Shown one piece after another: positions 17,356 through 27,637 of a DNA stretch of 64,000 bases (position 1 is its first letter; the number at the start of each line of letters is the position of its first letter). The stretch covers positions 43,377 through 107,376 of the forward strand of contig JBIKKO010000001.1 of assembly GCA_044360315.1 (NCBI GenBank), given 5' to 3'. Made by a program: the position numbers and the translations under genes. The notes under the pieces were generated by a model that saw only the letters and a program-made list of their open reading frames with translations, ran no database searches and had not been told where the DNA came from. This DNA is from Oligoflexales bacterium (GTDB lineage: Bacteria > Bdellovibrionota_B > Oligoflexia > Oligoflexales > RGVZ01).

Positions 17356-17378
17356 GATATATCGTCTTCCGATATATC
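17356..17378. promoter_or_regulatory. perfect 9-bp inverted repeat, candidate PadR operator
   Basis: GATATATCG-tcttc-CGATATATC, 15-37 nt upstream of the padR start codon. Confidence 0.35.
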
Positions 17379-17532
17379 ATATCTCAATATAAATTCGAAC
17401 GCAACATTGCGAAGATTAATGCGTATTCGCTGAGCGGCACCCCCTCTCTGAGAGCCACTCATTAGCAAATCCAAAAAAAACGGCACAGACCACAAGGGTG
17501 ACTGTGCCGTCATGAATGCGGATATTTGACTC

Positions 17533-18954
17533 TTAGAAACCTCTCCATGTGTAAGAGGCGGTGAGCTCTAGACCCCATTTTGCAGGTGGATAATCTTCAA
17601 AAATCTTATGCTTTGGCTGACTTGTATGAACGTAGTACGGACCGAAACCCAACTGGGCACCTTGTAAGGATCCCATTAACAGATGAATTCTCGGACGAAC
17701 GAAGAACAAAGACTCGTTTTGATCGTAGGTATTTTTTTCTGACTTATCATCCGGCTTTGATTGAGCTTCTTTGGCTGCCTGCACATCACGAATACGGTAG
17801 GTTAATCCACCGACAGCGGCACCCGTCATGAGGCGCCAGCGATCTGAAAGATCCCATTCAAGATCATTAGACAAACCAAACGCAGCGGACGAAACCTCAT
17901 ATTTCTTGCCAAGATAGGTAAATTTTGGCGCATTTAAATTAAAAAACACGTCAGCACCTACACGGTATAGGTTATAAATACGAGACGATACATTCACATG
18001 CAGCCGACCAACAATTTCTTTGCCTATCTGTGACCCACTTGCACCAAGTTGAAACCGATGGTTGGAAAAATGCTCGTATTCAATCAAATTGGCTTCCGAT
18101 GGATTAAGCGGGAGCGTCATCGCAAAATCGTCGAAAGACCCCGAAAATGAGGGCTCACGATCGGGGAATCCTGGAAAACGGGACCCGTGACGCTCACGCT
18201 CAAAACTAAAACTCGACGGGTTTACAAAATCAAAAGCATCAGGAACATCTAATTTGATATTCTGATCCTCTTTCGGGATTTTCCCGAAAAAACCCGGCTT
18301 TTTAAATCGCATGATATTGGAGTTCGTAGGCCTTAACTCCTTTTCGCCTATCCACACCGTCTTTGCCTCTTTTGCGTCCCACAAAGCCAACTTTACGGTC
18401 ATATTACGGGTTGAATGATATACCTTTTCAACATAATGCTTCTTCTCTGGTCGACGATACTCGTAGGCAAATGTTAGTGACTCCTTGGCAAAGACAAAGA
18501 AGAACACAAACCGAATATCTTGATTTGCGGCTCTGATTTGCTGCACATCCTCGGGGGGCAACGTCTCCTTCCGAAGCACCTTGGCTCCAATGTCTTTAAG
18601 ATTTTGGATTTTGCTGATTTTCTCAAAAGCTCCCCCCGCTCCAAATACCCGAATGTCTTTTCGACGCTTGAAGAACGCTTGTTTGAAAGACTCCGGGTAA
18701 TCTAGTGACTCTTTCTCAGAAAACGCCCCGACGGACTGGTCAAATCCTGGCGGTGTCTCAACATTTTGACGAAGATCAAGTAAGGGCGTCATCACAATTT
18801 GATCACGCTTTAGCGCATTCCAATCAAATCCCTGATCTGCGTCAACCTTCGAGAGATTCGCTGATACACAAGATAACAAAAAAATTAATGGGAAGACGAC
18901 GACGTTAATCAAAGGAACCAAGGGCGACCGTGGCTGATGTCTCAAATGAACCAT
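17533..18954 (-). CDS. hypothetical lipoprotein with a C-terminal beta-barrel-like domain
   Basis: Lipobox-like FLLSC at aa 25-29. The C-terminal third has alternating strands and ends ...SYTWRGF. Confidence 0.45.
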   Translation of the reverse strand: MVHLRHQPRSPLVPLINVVVFPLIFLLSCVSANLSKVDADQGFDWNALKRDQIVMTPLLDLRQNVETPPGFDQSVGAFSEKESLDYPESFKQAFFKRRKDIRVFGAGGAFEKISKIQNLKDIGAKVLRKETLPPEDVQQIRAANQDIRFVFFFVFAKESLTFAYEYRRPEKKHYVEKVYHSTRNMTVKLALWDAKEAKTVWIGEKELRPTNSNIMRFKKPGFFGKIPKEDQNIKLDVPDAFDFVNPSSFSFERERHGSRFPGFPDREPSFSGSFDDFAMTLPLNPSEANLIEYEHFSNHRFQLGASGSQIGKEIVGRLHVNVSSRIYNLYRVGADVFFNLNAPKFTYLGKKYEVSSAAFGLSNDLEWDLSDRWRLMTGAAVGGLTYRIRDVQAAKEAQSKPDDKSEKNTYDQNESLFFVRPRIHLLMGSLQGAQLGFGPYYVHTSQPKHKIFEDYPPAKWGLELTASYTWRGF

Positions 18955-19293
18955 TGAGTTTTCTCTCTTGTTATACGTTGATGAACAATCATGATAAAAC
19001 CTCCAAATGCTACCATCAAAATATCAACCTGGGAATATCTGCGATCACAAATCAGCCATCTCAAATCCACGATAGTCTTTCGATAATTTTAACAAGTCAT
19101 AGGCTGAAGCGTTTGCGCATTGCCTTTCATCGAGGTTCTAGGAAAAAGCTGCGTGATAATTAAGCAAAGGAATCGCAAAAACAGGGGCTTCTCGTTTATC
19201 ACATCATAAGAACTATAGTGATATTTGCCCGATTTGAACCAAATGGCTATACTTTCGGCTGGAAACTTTATTTTTAAGGAAGTGGATCTTTTG

Positions 19294-19767
19294 ATGCCTC
19301 ATTTAGTTCTTATTTTAGCCCGACACGCCGAGGCCTCCCTTGATTCAGACACCGACCATGGTCGGATGCTGACAAGCCATGGACGTACACAGTCCCATCA
19401 GGTAGGGATTGCTCTCGCCATGCGCCAGACAAACTGTGACCTTGCCATCATTAGCTCAGCAACCCGCGCACAGCAGACGTTTGAAGGAATCTCACGTTCA
19501 TATCCGACAGCGCGTCAGGATATTGTTGATGAACTATACACCGTAAAAACAGTCCAAGATTTTACGCTAGCACTAAAGTCACGTGTTGAAGATCCTGTCA
19601 TGACCCTACTGGTCGTAGGGCATAACCCGATCATCAGCGCAGCCGCCTCAGTTTACACGGGAGCATCCGTTCAGTTTGCTCCGAGCGAATTCATAGTCTT
19701 AACACAAAATGCACCGTCTTGGACAGAAGCGTTCGATTTAGATGGTTGCTGGTCGATCACACCGTGA
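19294..19767 (+). CDS. histidine phosphatase superfamily protein, SixA-like
   Basis: Internal ATG at 19294 gives MPHLVLILARHAEA (RHG/RHA motif). Later LLVVGHNP. Small size fits SixA. Confidence 0.65.
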   Translation: MPHLVLILARHAEASLDSDTDHGRMLTSHGRTQSHQVGIALAMRQTNCDLAIISSATRAQQTFEGISRSYPTARQDIVDELYTVKTVQDFTLALKSRVEDPVMTLLVVGHNPIISAAASVYTGASVQFAPSEFIVLTQNAPSWTEAFDLDGCWSITP

Positions 19768-19806
19768 TGACTCATTCATTAACCCTCAGTAGACAACGAA
19801 TCCAAC

Positions 19807-20856
19807 ATGAAGGAGCGACTTGATATGCTACCAAAGAGCTGGGATGTTCCGCACGAGTCAGGCGCAACGCTGCGCTATTTTCGACTATCCAGTGAATGCC
19901 TAAAAGCCACCACTCGCTCTGGACTAGATTCAACCAGAACTCACGTGGCGTTCATACCGGCGAACCTGGACGAACAGACCAGACTACCTGCAGTGTACAT
20001 CTTTGCCCCATGGACCAGTGCAGGCCGTAATATGTTTAATTGGGAACCATTTCGAGAGGATCTACCGACGAGACTTAGCCGACTGATGCAGGAACGATCG
20101 ATCCCGCCTTGTATCATGATTGCTCCAGATCTTTATACAGATTACGGAGGAAGCCAGTATATCAATAGTTCTCTGGTTGGACACCATGCTGATCATATCA
20201 TGCATGAGTTGATTCCTTGGGTTGAGGATCATCTTCCAGTTAAGCGCGGATGGAATCATCGAGCCGCACTAGGAAGGTCATCCGGTGGTTACGGAGCCTT
20301 ACGGTTGGCCATGGACTTTGATCAAGCCTTTGCTGCAATCGCTTGTCATGCGGGTGATATTGGGTTTGAGCTGACATACAGAAGAAGCCTTGTTGATATT
20401 TGCACAGGACTATACAAATTCCGAGATCCTGTTTTGTGGATTAGTGAACTCAAGAAGCAGAAGAAGATATCTGGATTTGACACACATGTTTTGATGATGC
20501 TTGGCATGGCTGCGTTTTACAGCCCCAATCCGTCGTCGCCAGCGGGATTTGACCTCCCCATCACCCTTCGCAATGGGGAGGTGATAGAGTCAGTTTGGCA
20601 GCGCTGGCGGGAACACGATCCTCTCTACATAATCGAAAAAGGCGTAGCCCAACTGCGCCTGTCAAAGCTTAAATGTCTTTTCTTGGATTGTGGGAATAAG
20701 GATCAATATTACCTTCAATACGGGGCACGTCAGTTTTCTGAGAAACTTCAAAATTTTGAAATTAGTCACACTTATACGGAGTTCGATGATAATCATAACG
20801 GCACATCGTATCGCTTCGATGTCAGTCTTCCCCAGCTGCTATCGGAGATTAGTTAA
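19807..20856 (+). CDS. putative esterase (alpha/beta hydrolase, enterochelin-esterase-like family)
   Basis: Nucleophile elbow-like ALGRSSGGYGAL. Overall similarity to the 'putative esterase' family; the C-terminal His region is present. Confidence 0.6.
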   Translation: MKERLDMLPKSWDVPHESGATLRYFRLSSECLKATTRSGLDSTRTHVAFIPANLDEQTRLPAVYIFAPWTSAGRNMFNWEPFREDLPTRLSRLMQERSIPPCIMIAPDLYTDYGGSQYINSSLVGHHADHIMHELIPWVEDHLPVKRGWNHRAALGRSSGGYGALRLAMDFDQAFAAIACHAGDIGFELTYRRSLVDICTGLYKFRDPVLWISELKKQKKISGFDTHVLMMLGMAAFYSPNPSSPAGFDLPITLRNGEVIESVWQRWREHDPLYIIEKGVAQLRLSKLKCLFLDCGNKDQYYLQYGARQFSEKLQNFEISHTYTEFDDNHNGTSYRFDVSLPQLLSEIS

Positions 20857-20920
20857 TCAAAACTCTGACCAAAGGTTCAATCAAGTTTAGCCCCGATGCC
20901 CGCTTATCGGACTGTGAGAA

Positions 20921-22381
20921 CTATTGGGCTTCGACTGTTTGCTGAGCGGTAAGCTTTTGGACACAATCACGAATCCTAAATCTCACCATTTCTCGACCAA
21001 TCAGCCCCATACTTTCAAAAAGCGGCGGCGAATCCTTACGACCCGTTACAACGAGGCGCAACGTCATAAAGACATCCTTTGGCTTCCAACCAATCTCATC
21101 TTTGTAGGCTTCGACAACCGCCTTAATTTTTTCATGATCCCAATCATAAAGATCGTCTAGCTTTTCAACTAGTCCGGTTAGCATCTGAATCAATTCGACA
21201 ATCGTTTTACCCTTCGGCAGAACATCGACGCCACTATACTCCAATGCCCCGTTAAAAAAGAAAGAATTGTTATCAACAAACTGCTCAAACCGAGTCATTC
21301 GCTCCAACACGAAAGGCTTCAATGCCTTCAGATAATCGTCAGGGAAAACTTCATCTTTAACAAACCGAATAAATTCTTGCTCCGACATTTTATGCATGTA
21401 GTGGGCGTTCATCCACGTCAACTTCACCATATCGAAGACAGGCCCGCCGAGATGAATGTCCTTGAACTCAAACTTCTTCATCATTTCATCAATCGTAAAA
21501 AACTCTACGTCGTTGCCAAAGCTCCAGCCCATATTCGCCAAAAAGTTCAAGAGCGGTTTAGGCAAAATTCCAGCCCGCTGGTAGTAGGTTAAAGCTACAG
21601 GGTTCTTCCGTTTTGAAATCTTTGACTTATCGGCATTTCGCAGCAAGGGAAGATGGGCGAATTTTGGCTTTTCCCAGCCAAATGCATCGTATAGGACCAC
21701 ATGCTTAGGCGTTGAGTTGATCCATTCTTCGGCGCGGATCACATGGGAGATTTTCATGAGATGATCATCAACCACATTGGCCAAGTGGTAGGTTGGATAC
21801 CCGTCACTCTTTAACAAGACTTGATCATCGAGCCGAGAATTGTCGATCTCTACATTTCCACGAATTTCATCCACAAAACTTGTGGAACCAGACAACGGCA
21901 TTTTAAGACGGATCACAAACGGCACACTTTGGGCCAGCTGAGATGCAACATCCTCGGGTGATAGGTCACGGCAATGACGATCGTAGGCTGTTGTTATACC
22001 AGCCTCCCGTTGTTTCGCACGAACGCCTTCGAGCCGCTCAGCCGTGCAGAAACAGCGGTAGGCGTGACCAGACTTAACCAACAATTCAGTATGCTCTTGG
22101 TAGATCGCCGTTCGTTCAGACTGACGGTACGGGCCAAAGCTACCGCCTTTATCCGGCCCCTCGTCCCACTCAAGACCGAGCCAACGCAAGCTTTTCATGA
22201 TCATAGCCTCTGAACTAGACTTAGCTCGAACCTGATCTGTATCCTCAATGCGAAGCAAGAAGTCTCCGCCGTGCTTCTTAGCAAAAACGTAATTGAAAAG
22301 AGCAACATACGCTGTCCCAACATGAGGGTCCCCAGTTGGGGATGGCGCGATACGAACCCGGATTTTGTCGAAATAGCTCAT
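20921..22381 (-). CDS. gltX: glutamate--tRNA ligase
   Basis: RIAPSPTGDPHVGTAY (HIGH-type), LLRIEDTD and KISKRK (KMSKS-type). 486 aa. Confidence 0.95.
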   Translation of the reverse strand: MSYFDKIRVRIAPSPTGDPHVGTAYVALFNYVFAKKHGGDFLLRIEDTDQVRAKSSSEAMIMKSLRWLGLEWDEGPDKGGSFGPYRQSERTAIYQEHTELLVKSGHAYRCFCTAERLEGVRAKQREAGITTAYDRHCRDLSPEDVASQLAQSVPFVIRLKMPLSGSTSFVDEIRGNVEIDNSRLDDQVLLKSDGYPTYHLANVVDDHLMKISHVIRAEEWINSTPKHVVLYDAFGWEKPKFAHLPLLRNADKSKISKRKNPVALTYYQRAGILPKPLLNFLANMGWSFGNDVEFFTIDEMMKKFEFKDIHLGGPVFDMVKLTWMNAHYMHKMSEQEFIRFVKDEVFPDDYLKALKPFVLERMTRFEQFVDNNSFFFNGALEYSGVDVLPKGKTIVELIQMLTGLVEKLDDLYDWDHEKIKAVVEAYKDEIGWKPKDVFMTLRLVVTGRKDSPPLFESMGLIGREMVRFRIRDCVQKLTAQQTVEAQ

Positions 22382-22529
22382 AACAGGTAAACCTTCGATT
22401 TCTTAGTCTTGAATCCTGCCGCAAGTCACTGTATACAAGCGGTCCGAAACTAACGTTTTATGCCCACCCCGAGCCACAGTACTGGCTTTTCACGGTGCGG
22501 AACATCACTTTCTCGAGGGTTTCTTTTAA

Positions 22530-23498
22530 ATGAATGGTCCAAATTCCTCAACAGATACCTTAGGACAAAATCCTTCGATCGATGCTTCGCCGGACGAGCA
22601 TAAAAGCACCCTGTTCGTGCGGGACGTAGGCAAGATCGATAGCGCATTGTTTGACCCTGGTCTCGGAATTATAGGTCAAAGCTGGTATGTCGACGTTTGG
22701 CTGACCGGAACACTGGATGAAAATGGCTTTGTGTTTGACTTCAGCCCGCTCAAAGCACTGATTCGTCAGACTTTATTGAGCACCCTCGACCACGCTTTGA
22801 TCATCCCCGTAGGCAGCCAAACGGTCCAATTTAGTGAATTCGGCAGCGGAGAGCGCTGGACGTTGCGCAGCAAAGCCCGGGGAGACAACCGCGAGGCCAA
22901 GTGGGAGTATTCGTCCCCGAAAGGCGCAGTATTCCCGGTGCATACGGTTGCACTAAAAACAACCAATATTGAACAGGAGTTCGGAAGAATTCTTCGTCAC
23001 AGGCTACCGCCGAGTGTCCATCATCTTGCGGTGAAGCTTCGCGAGGAGCAGATTGCCCCCACAGAGGCGAGCTTTCGCTATACCCATGGCATCAGAGGTC
23101 ACAATGGACTGTGTCAAAGGCTTTTCCATGGGCATCGTAGCCGCATAGAAATATATATCGGCGAGGAACGTCGCCCCGACCTCGAACACTTTGTGGTTCG
23201 TGAGATTTTTGGCACCAATGTCCACATCGCCACCCTTGAACAGATCAAGTCGGGTAACGGTGAAGTTGGCCAAAGAGGAAAAACAGATGCGCCGATAACT
23301 TTGGCATTCACAGGCTCTTTGGGCACTTATGAGGCCACTCTTCCAGCTAATCGTGTCTTTTTTATTGAAGGCGAAACCAGTATTGAGTCCATGGCACGCG
23401 AAGTAGCCAGATTGATTAAACGCGAGGAAAACCCTACTGAGAAAATTCGAGCCGTCTGTTACGAAGGTATCGATAAAGGCTCGGAGTTTGTGTTGTAA
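22530..23498 (+). CDS. tandem PTPS/QueD-fold protein (6-pyruvoyl-tetrahydropterin/6-carboxytetrahydropterin synthase family)
   Basis: The C-terminal half has CQRLFHGHRSRIEIYI (Cys...HGH zinc/catalytic motif). The N-terminal half has the later-fold motif ENGFVFDFSPLKALIRQTLLSTLDHALI but lacks the His triad. Confidence 0.5.
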   Translation: MNGPNSSTDTLGQNPSIDASPDEHKSTLFVRDVGKIDSALFDPGLGIIGQSWYVDVWLTGTLDENGFVFDFSPLKALIRQTLLSTLDHALIIPVGSQTVQFSEFGSGERWTLRSKARGDNREAKWEYSSPKGAVFPVHTVALKTTNIEQEFGRILRHRLPPSVHHLAVKLREEQIAPTEASFRYTHGIRGHNGLCQRLFHGHRSRIEIYIGEERRPDLEHFVVREIFGTNVHIATLEQIKSGNGEVGQRGKTDAPITLAFTGSLGTYEATLPANRVFFIEGETSIESMAREVARLIKREENPTEKIRAVCYEGIDKGSEFVL

Positions 23499-23534
23499 CG
23501 CCAAGTCAAGTCGACGAAGCTAAGGATCTCGGCG

Positions 23535-24323
23535 TTAAATGCCCAGGGATATCTTGGCGCTGTAGGTTGCCACGTCACGATCCATCTGAGAATACTCAAA
23601 AGCCATGATCCAAAATGGTGGAAGTAACTGATACTGCAAACCAACTGATCTAGCGCGGCGTAGAAAAACGGCAGACTGGCGACCTTCGGCCTCATCCGAC
23701 AACAACAGGGTTGTCCCATAGTTTGCGCCAAACCGCATCTGCAGATCGTTGCGACTGACACCGTAAGAGCCGTATAGTGTAAAAAATCTAAGAAATCCAT
23801 AACTACCAAAAGCACCGAGCCCCACCGTCGACACATCTGATGTTGCTAGGCCCCAAAGTCGACTATACTGCACCCTTAGTCCAATCGCGGGACGCGCAAA
23901 CGCCTCATAAACAGCCCAGTGCACGTAACCTGAGACACTTTGCGCCTCCGATTGCCGATCACGCCCATAGCCTCCACCAATATCGAGTGACCAAGGCAAA
24001 CCTTTAAGCACATGAATCTGCGGTATCACCAGGCGCCCGTTTGGCACCTTATTGGACCTCGGATCTTGCCCAGGCCTACGCCAATGCTCGCGCCAAGTAT
24101 CAACTCCATTTGGAGGGCGCACACTGATCAGACCGACACCAACGCTCGCCCCTAAGGTTCCATGACTACCAGCGTGCTCTAGTGGTGAATAATGATTTAC
24201 CCTGGTTAAAAATGCAAAATATTCATCAACATCTGTCTCAGTCAGCTGTGCATGCACAAGACTGCACCCAGCCAACCAAACAATTAAACCTAAAAACATC
24301 CTAGACGCCGTCACGTAAACCAT
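23535..24323 (-). CDS. hypothetical outer-membrane beta-barrel-like protein
   Basis: Signal peptide MVYVTASRMFLGLIVWLAGCSLVHA. The body is Gly/aromatic-rich with alternating strands. Confidence 0.45.
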   Translation of the reverse strand: MVYVTASRMFLGLIVWLAGCSLVHAQLTETDVDEYFAFLTRVNHYSPLEHAGSHGTLGASVGVGLISVRPPNGVDTWREHWRRPGQDPRSNKVPNGRLVIPQIHVLKGLPWSLDIGGGYGRDRQSEAQSVSGYVHWAVYEAFARPAIGLRVQYSRLWGLATSDVSTVGLGAFGSYGFLRFFTLYGSYGVSRNDLQMRFGANYGTTLLLSDEAEGRQSAVFLRRARSVGLQYQLLPPFWIMAFEYSQMDRDVATYSAKISLGI

Positions 24324-24370
24324 GGTTGTATTCGACTCCAGACTTGTTCATGAAGCACGCAGGAATAAGC

Positions 24371-24961
24371 ATGAAAATAGCATTCATTGATCATTATGAC
24401 AGTTTCAGCTTCAACGTTCTAGACTGGCTACAATCTGCCGCAGGAGGTCGCCTTGACATTCAAAGGATTCTCACCGACGACATGCTCTCTTTGGCAAGAT
24501 TGAAACAATCACCAGCTCCCCTAGTCATTTCACCAGGTCCTGGTCATCCACATCAGTATCCTCAAACATTGGAAGTAATCCGTCACCTTTTACCCACAGT
24601 GCCAATTCTTGGCGTTTGCTTGGGTCATCAAATGATTGGAGCTATTGCAGGGTACCCCATTGTAAGGGCTGAAAACCCCTGGCATGGGAAAACCACCACG
24701 ATTGAAATCAAACACCCTCATTGGTTCACCCAATCACTGCCTGAGCGCTTTCAAGCCGTTTGCTATAACTCGTTGGTTTTAGACACTACTGCGGTTCCAT
24801 CTACCAATTGGCTCACACTGGCAACAAACCCGATGGGAGAGGCAATGATGCTAGCCCACACATCACTGCCGATCGTATCTGTGCAATTTCACCCCGAATC
24901 ATTTGCCTCTGAATACGGCCCACAACTGGCAGAAAACTTTATCAAAAACCTTCTGAGATGA
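24371..24961 (+). CDS. aminodeoxychorismate/anthranilate synthase component II (class I glutamine amidotransferase)
   Basis: The ATG at 24371 gives MKIAFIDHYDSFSFNV. ISPGPGHP, catalytic ILGVCLGHQ and VQFHPES are present. Confidence 0.85.
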   Translation: MKIAFIDHYDSFSFNVLDWLQSAAGGRLDIQRILTDDMLSLARLKQSPAPLVISPGPGHPHQYPQTLEVIRHLLPTVPILGVCLGHQMIGAIAGYPIVRAENPWHGKTTTIEIKHPHWFTQSLPERFQAVCYNSLVLDTTAVPSTNWLTLATNPMGEAMMLAHTSLPIVSVQFHPESFASEYGPQLAENFIKNLLR

Positions 24962-25179
24962 TGAAATCAGACCGTTGCCCTCCAAAAGTAGATTGAAAGC
25001 TAATATCAATGCGCCCAACGAATTCAAAACTATCTGAGTTTTTAAGGCTATAGGAAGCCATGCTAATATAGTCCGTAAATCTAGAGATCGCTAAAGTAAC
25101 ATAATAAACGATGGCTTTTTCATTGGATCAAAAGTTCTTGATCTCACCAGCCACCCCTGCCCTCGCCAAGGAGCGTTTC

Positions 25180-26007
25180 ATGAAGCAACTCATTGCAAAG
25201 CTCTCAAAACTCACACGACTCATATTACTCCTCATTTGTTTCGAATCAGCGTTTGACTCCGCATATGCCGCAACAAATCAATCGTCAAGATCGACGGCTA
25301 AGCCTTGGCTTGGTATTGCGATCGACAAAGGAAAAACAGGAGTATTGGTCAAAGGCATTATGCCAGACACACCGGCTGCATTAGCTGGACTTAAGGAAAA
25401 TGATGAAATCATAAGAATCGACGGACGCAAAGTGGCAGAGCCAAAGGAACTTATTCATGTGGTTCAAGCATCAGGGATCGGCCAAACCGTGAAGCTCGAT
25501 ATCCTGAGAGACGGGGCGATCCTTCAGAAAAATCTTAAACTCGCTTTAAAGCCAGATGAGATTAAACTACTGAAACAGCGTCTTGAGGGCAAGCCCGCCT
25601 CAACGTTCGATCTCCCAGTGATCATTGGGAAGGAACCGGGAAACCTTAAGAAAGTCCTCGGCCGTGTGGTGGTCGTTGAATTTTGGGCAACATGGTGCGC
25701 TGCTTGCCGTGCGACCCATAAGCGTCTTTCAGAATTTGCAAAAACCAACCCCTCTATTGTCGTCTATGCTATAAGCGACGAAGATGATGACACTTTAAAG
25801 AACTATGCTCGCAAACAGAGTCCTGATTTTACAATTCTACGAGACGACAAAGGAAAGACCCAAGCCGACTGGCTTGTATCAGCAATACCGATGATTGCCG
25901 TGCTCGACAAGGATGGAAGAACTGCCTTTGTTACAGTAGGCGCGGGAGATGCGGTCGAAGATGCTCTAAATACGGCGAGGTCACTTGCTAGGACCTCAAA
26001 GCCATAA
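25180..26007 (+). CDS. secreted PDZ-domain plus thioredoxin-fold (TlpA/redoxin-like) protein
   Basis: The internal ATG gives signal peptide MKQLIAKLSKLTRLILLLICF. PDZ segment WLGIAID...GVLVKGIMPDTPAALAGLKENDEIIRIDG. Redox motif FWATWCAACR. Confidence 0.75.
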   Translation: MKQLIAKLSKLTRLILLLICFESAFDSAYAATNQSSRSTAKPWLGIAIDKGKTGVLVKGIMPDTPAALAGLKENDEIIRIDGRKVAEPKELIHVVQASGIGQTVKLDILRDGAILQKNLKLALKPDEIKLLKQRLEGKPASTFDLPVIIGKEPGNLKKVLGRVVVVEFWATWCAACRATHKRLSEFAKTNPSIVVYAISDEDDDTLKNYARKQSPDFTILRDDKGKTQADWLVSAIPMIAVLDKDGRTAFVTVGAGDAVEDALNTARSLARTSKP

Positions 26008-26045
26008 GCCACCTGCAAGAGACTCTAAACTGAATTCCTACAAGA

Positions 26046-27113
26046 CTAACGCAGCGGTAGAACAGAAAGAATCTCACCGACAATTTTTGCTGGTACCGTG
26101 TCGGCCTTTACAAGTGATTGAGCCATAATCATTGCTGACTTAGAATCTTCAAGCTTTGAGATCGCTTGATAAAAAGTTTCTGACGTCAACGCTGCTTCAC
26201 TCAGTTGATGAGCCCAACCATTGGCCTGAAAGCTACGAGCATTTAAAATCTGATCACCACGGCTTCCAATCTCTAATGGAATCAGTAACATCGGCTTTCT
26301 GAGCGCCAATAATTCAAAAATACTATTTGCACCCGCACGACTCACCACAAGATCAGCAGCAGCAAACACATCCTTCAACTGCTCGCCTAAAAACTCAAAC
26401 GAGCGATAGCCCGGATCGACAAAGGAGATCGACTTGCCCTTCCCCGTTAGATGGATAACGTTATACGTTTTGAGCAGCCTAGGTAAAATGTCACGCAAAG
26501 CATCATTAATCCGCTGCGCACCTTGACTACCACCCATAACTAAAATACTTGGCTTTTTTTCCGTAAACGCACACAACTCGTGGGCTTTATCGGCACTTCC
26601 TAAAAACAACTCTGGCCTGACAGGAGATCCCACCAATACTGACTTAGAAGGCTTAAGAAATCTCGCTGTTTCTGGGAAGGTAAACAATATCTTCCTTGAA
26701 AACGGCGCGATAAGCTTATTGGCCAAACCAGGCGAATAATCGGACTCATGAGTCACAACAGGAACCCTCCACATCCATGCTGCAACCGTCACAGGAACCG
26801 CCACAAATCCACCTTTACTAAAGACGACATCTGGCCTCAAACGAATCATTAAGTTTAAAGATTGCAAAAATCCATAAATAATCCGAAAGACGTCCAAAAA
26901 ATTATCGATACTAAAATAGCGTCTCAGCTTACCCGTTGAGATTTGGAAGAATGGCACATCATACTTCCGAGCAATATCTTTCTCGATGCCCCCTGAGCCA
27001 ATATAAATTGGGTTAAATCCATTACGTCTTAGCTCGGGTAAAATCGCCATATGCGGCATGACGTGACCTGCCGTACCACCACCGGTAAGAATAATCTTTC
27101 TTGCTATCGTCAC
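26046..27113 (-). CDS. murG: undecaprenyldiphospho-muramoylpentapeptide beta-N-acetylglucosaminyltransferase
   Basis: LTGGGTAGHVMPHMAI at the N-terminus, GGSQGA in the middle, and a GT28 two-domain length of 355 aa. Confidence 0.9.
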   Translation of the reverse strand: MTIARKIILTGGGTAGHVMPHMAILPELRRNGFNPIYIGSGGIEKDIARKYDVPFFQISTGKLRRYFSIDNFLDVFRIIYGFLQSLNLMIRLRPDVVFSKGGFVAVPVTVAAWMWRVPVVTHESDYSPGLANKLIAPFSRKILFTFPETARFLKPSKSVLVGSPVRPELFLGSADKAHELCAFTEKKPSILVMGGSQGAQRINDALRDILPRLLKTYNVIHLTGKGKSISFVDPGYRSFEFLGEQLKDVFAAADLVVSRAGANSIFELLALRKPMLLIPLEIGSRGDQILNARSFQANGWAHQLSEAALTSETFYQAISKLEDSKSAMIMAQSLVKADTVPAKIVGEILSVLPLR

Positions 27114-27637
27114 GCCTCATGCCCTCCACCACCATCAAAAGCAGCCAATAAACTCGGCAACTGCATGTTTAAAGGATAATGCCTTTGAATCGCAGCGACG
27201 ATCTCCGATCGTTCACCAACTACAAGCTCAACAGACTTTCCCGTGAGCTCTGATAGATCCTTTCGCAACAAAATGCTAGTAGGATCAGCCACGGCAACTT
27301 TCAATTTATTCCTTTCAAGATCAATATCAAATGGATACACCAACTGTTCGAGGGCATAGTTGTAGGGCACTAACTTTAAAGCTTCATCCCTGACAACCTT
27401 TGCCACCAATCCCTGGACCCTTTCTAATTTAAGAAAGTCAGATAAAATATCGGCCATCTTTGACTCCTGGATGATGTTTGTCTCAAGACAGGCACGAAAT
27501 TGGTCAATCTTCCACTGGTTCATAAAATTTTGTAATACACGCAAACTCGAACCAGACAGCACTCCTCTGGCTCTCAAAATTTCAAATACACTCGTCGATC
27601 TATCACTGTTCACTTTGGACCATCCATTCAACAACAT
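27110..27637 (-). CDS. T2SSE_N (GspE/MshE N-terminal)-like domain protein
   Basis: LVPYNYALEQLVYPFDIDLERNKLKVAVADPTSILLRKDLSELTGKSVELVVGERSEIVAAIQRHY matches the pattern of the type II secretion ATPase N-terminal domain. No ATPase domain is present. Confidence 0.55.
   Translation of the reverse strand: MLLNGWSKVNSDRSTSVFEILRARGVLSGSSLRVLQNFMNQWKIDQFRACLETNIIQESKMADILSDFLKLERVQGLVAKVVRDEALKLVPYNYALEQLVYPFDIDLERNKLKVAVADPTSILLRKDLSELTGKSVELVVGERSEIVAAIQRHYPLNMQLPSLLAAFDGGGGHEA

Noticed and set aside
23004-23836. ORFs of 166, 70 and 125 aa antisense to, or overlapping, the PTPS-like gene and the following outer-membrane protein gene.
   Set aside because: Antisense frame shadows with no RBS and no recognisable motifs. 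The sense-strand genes explain the region.
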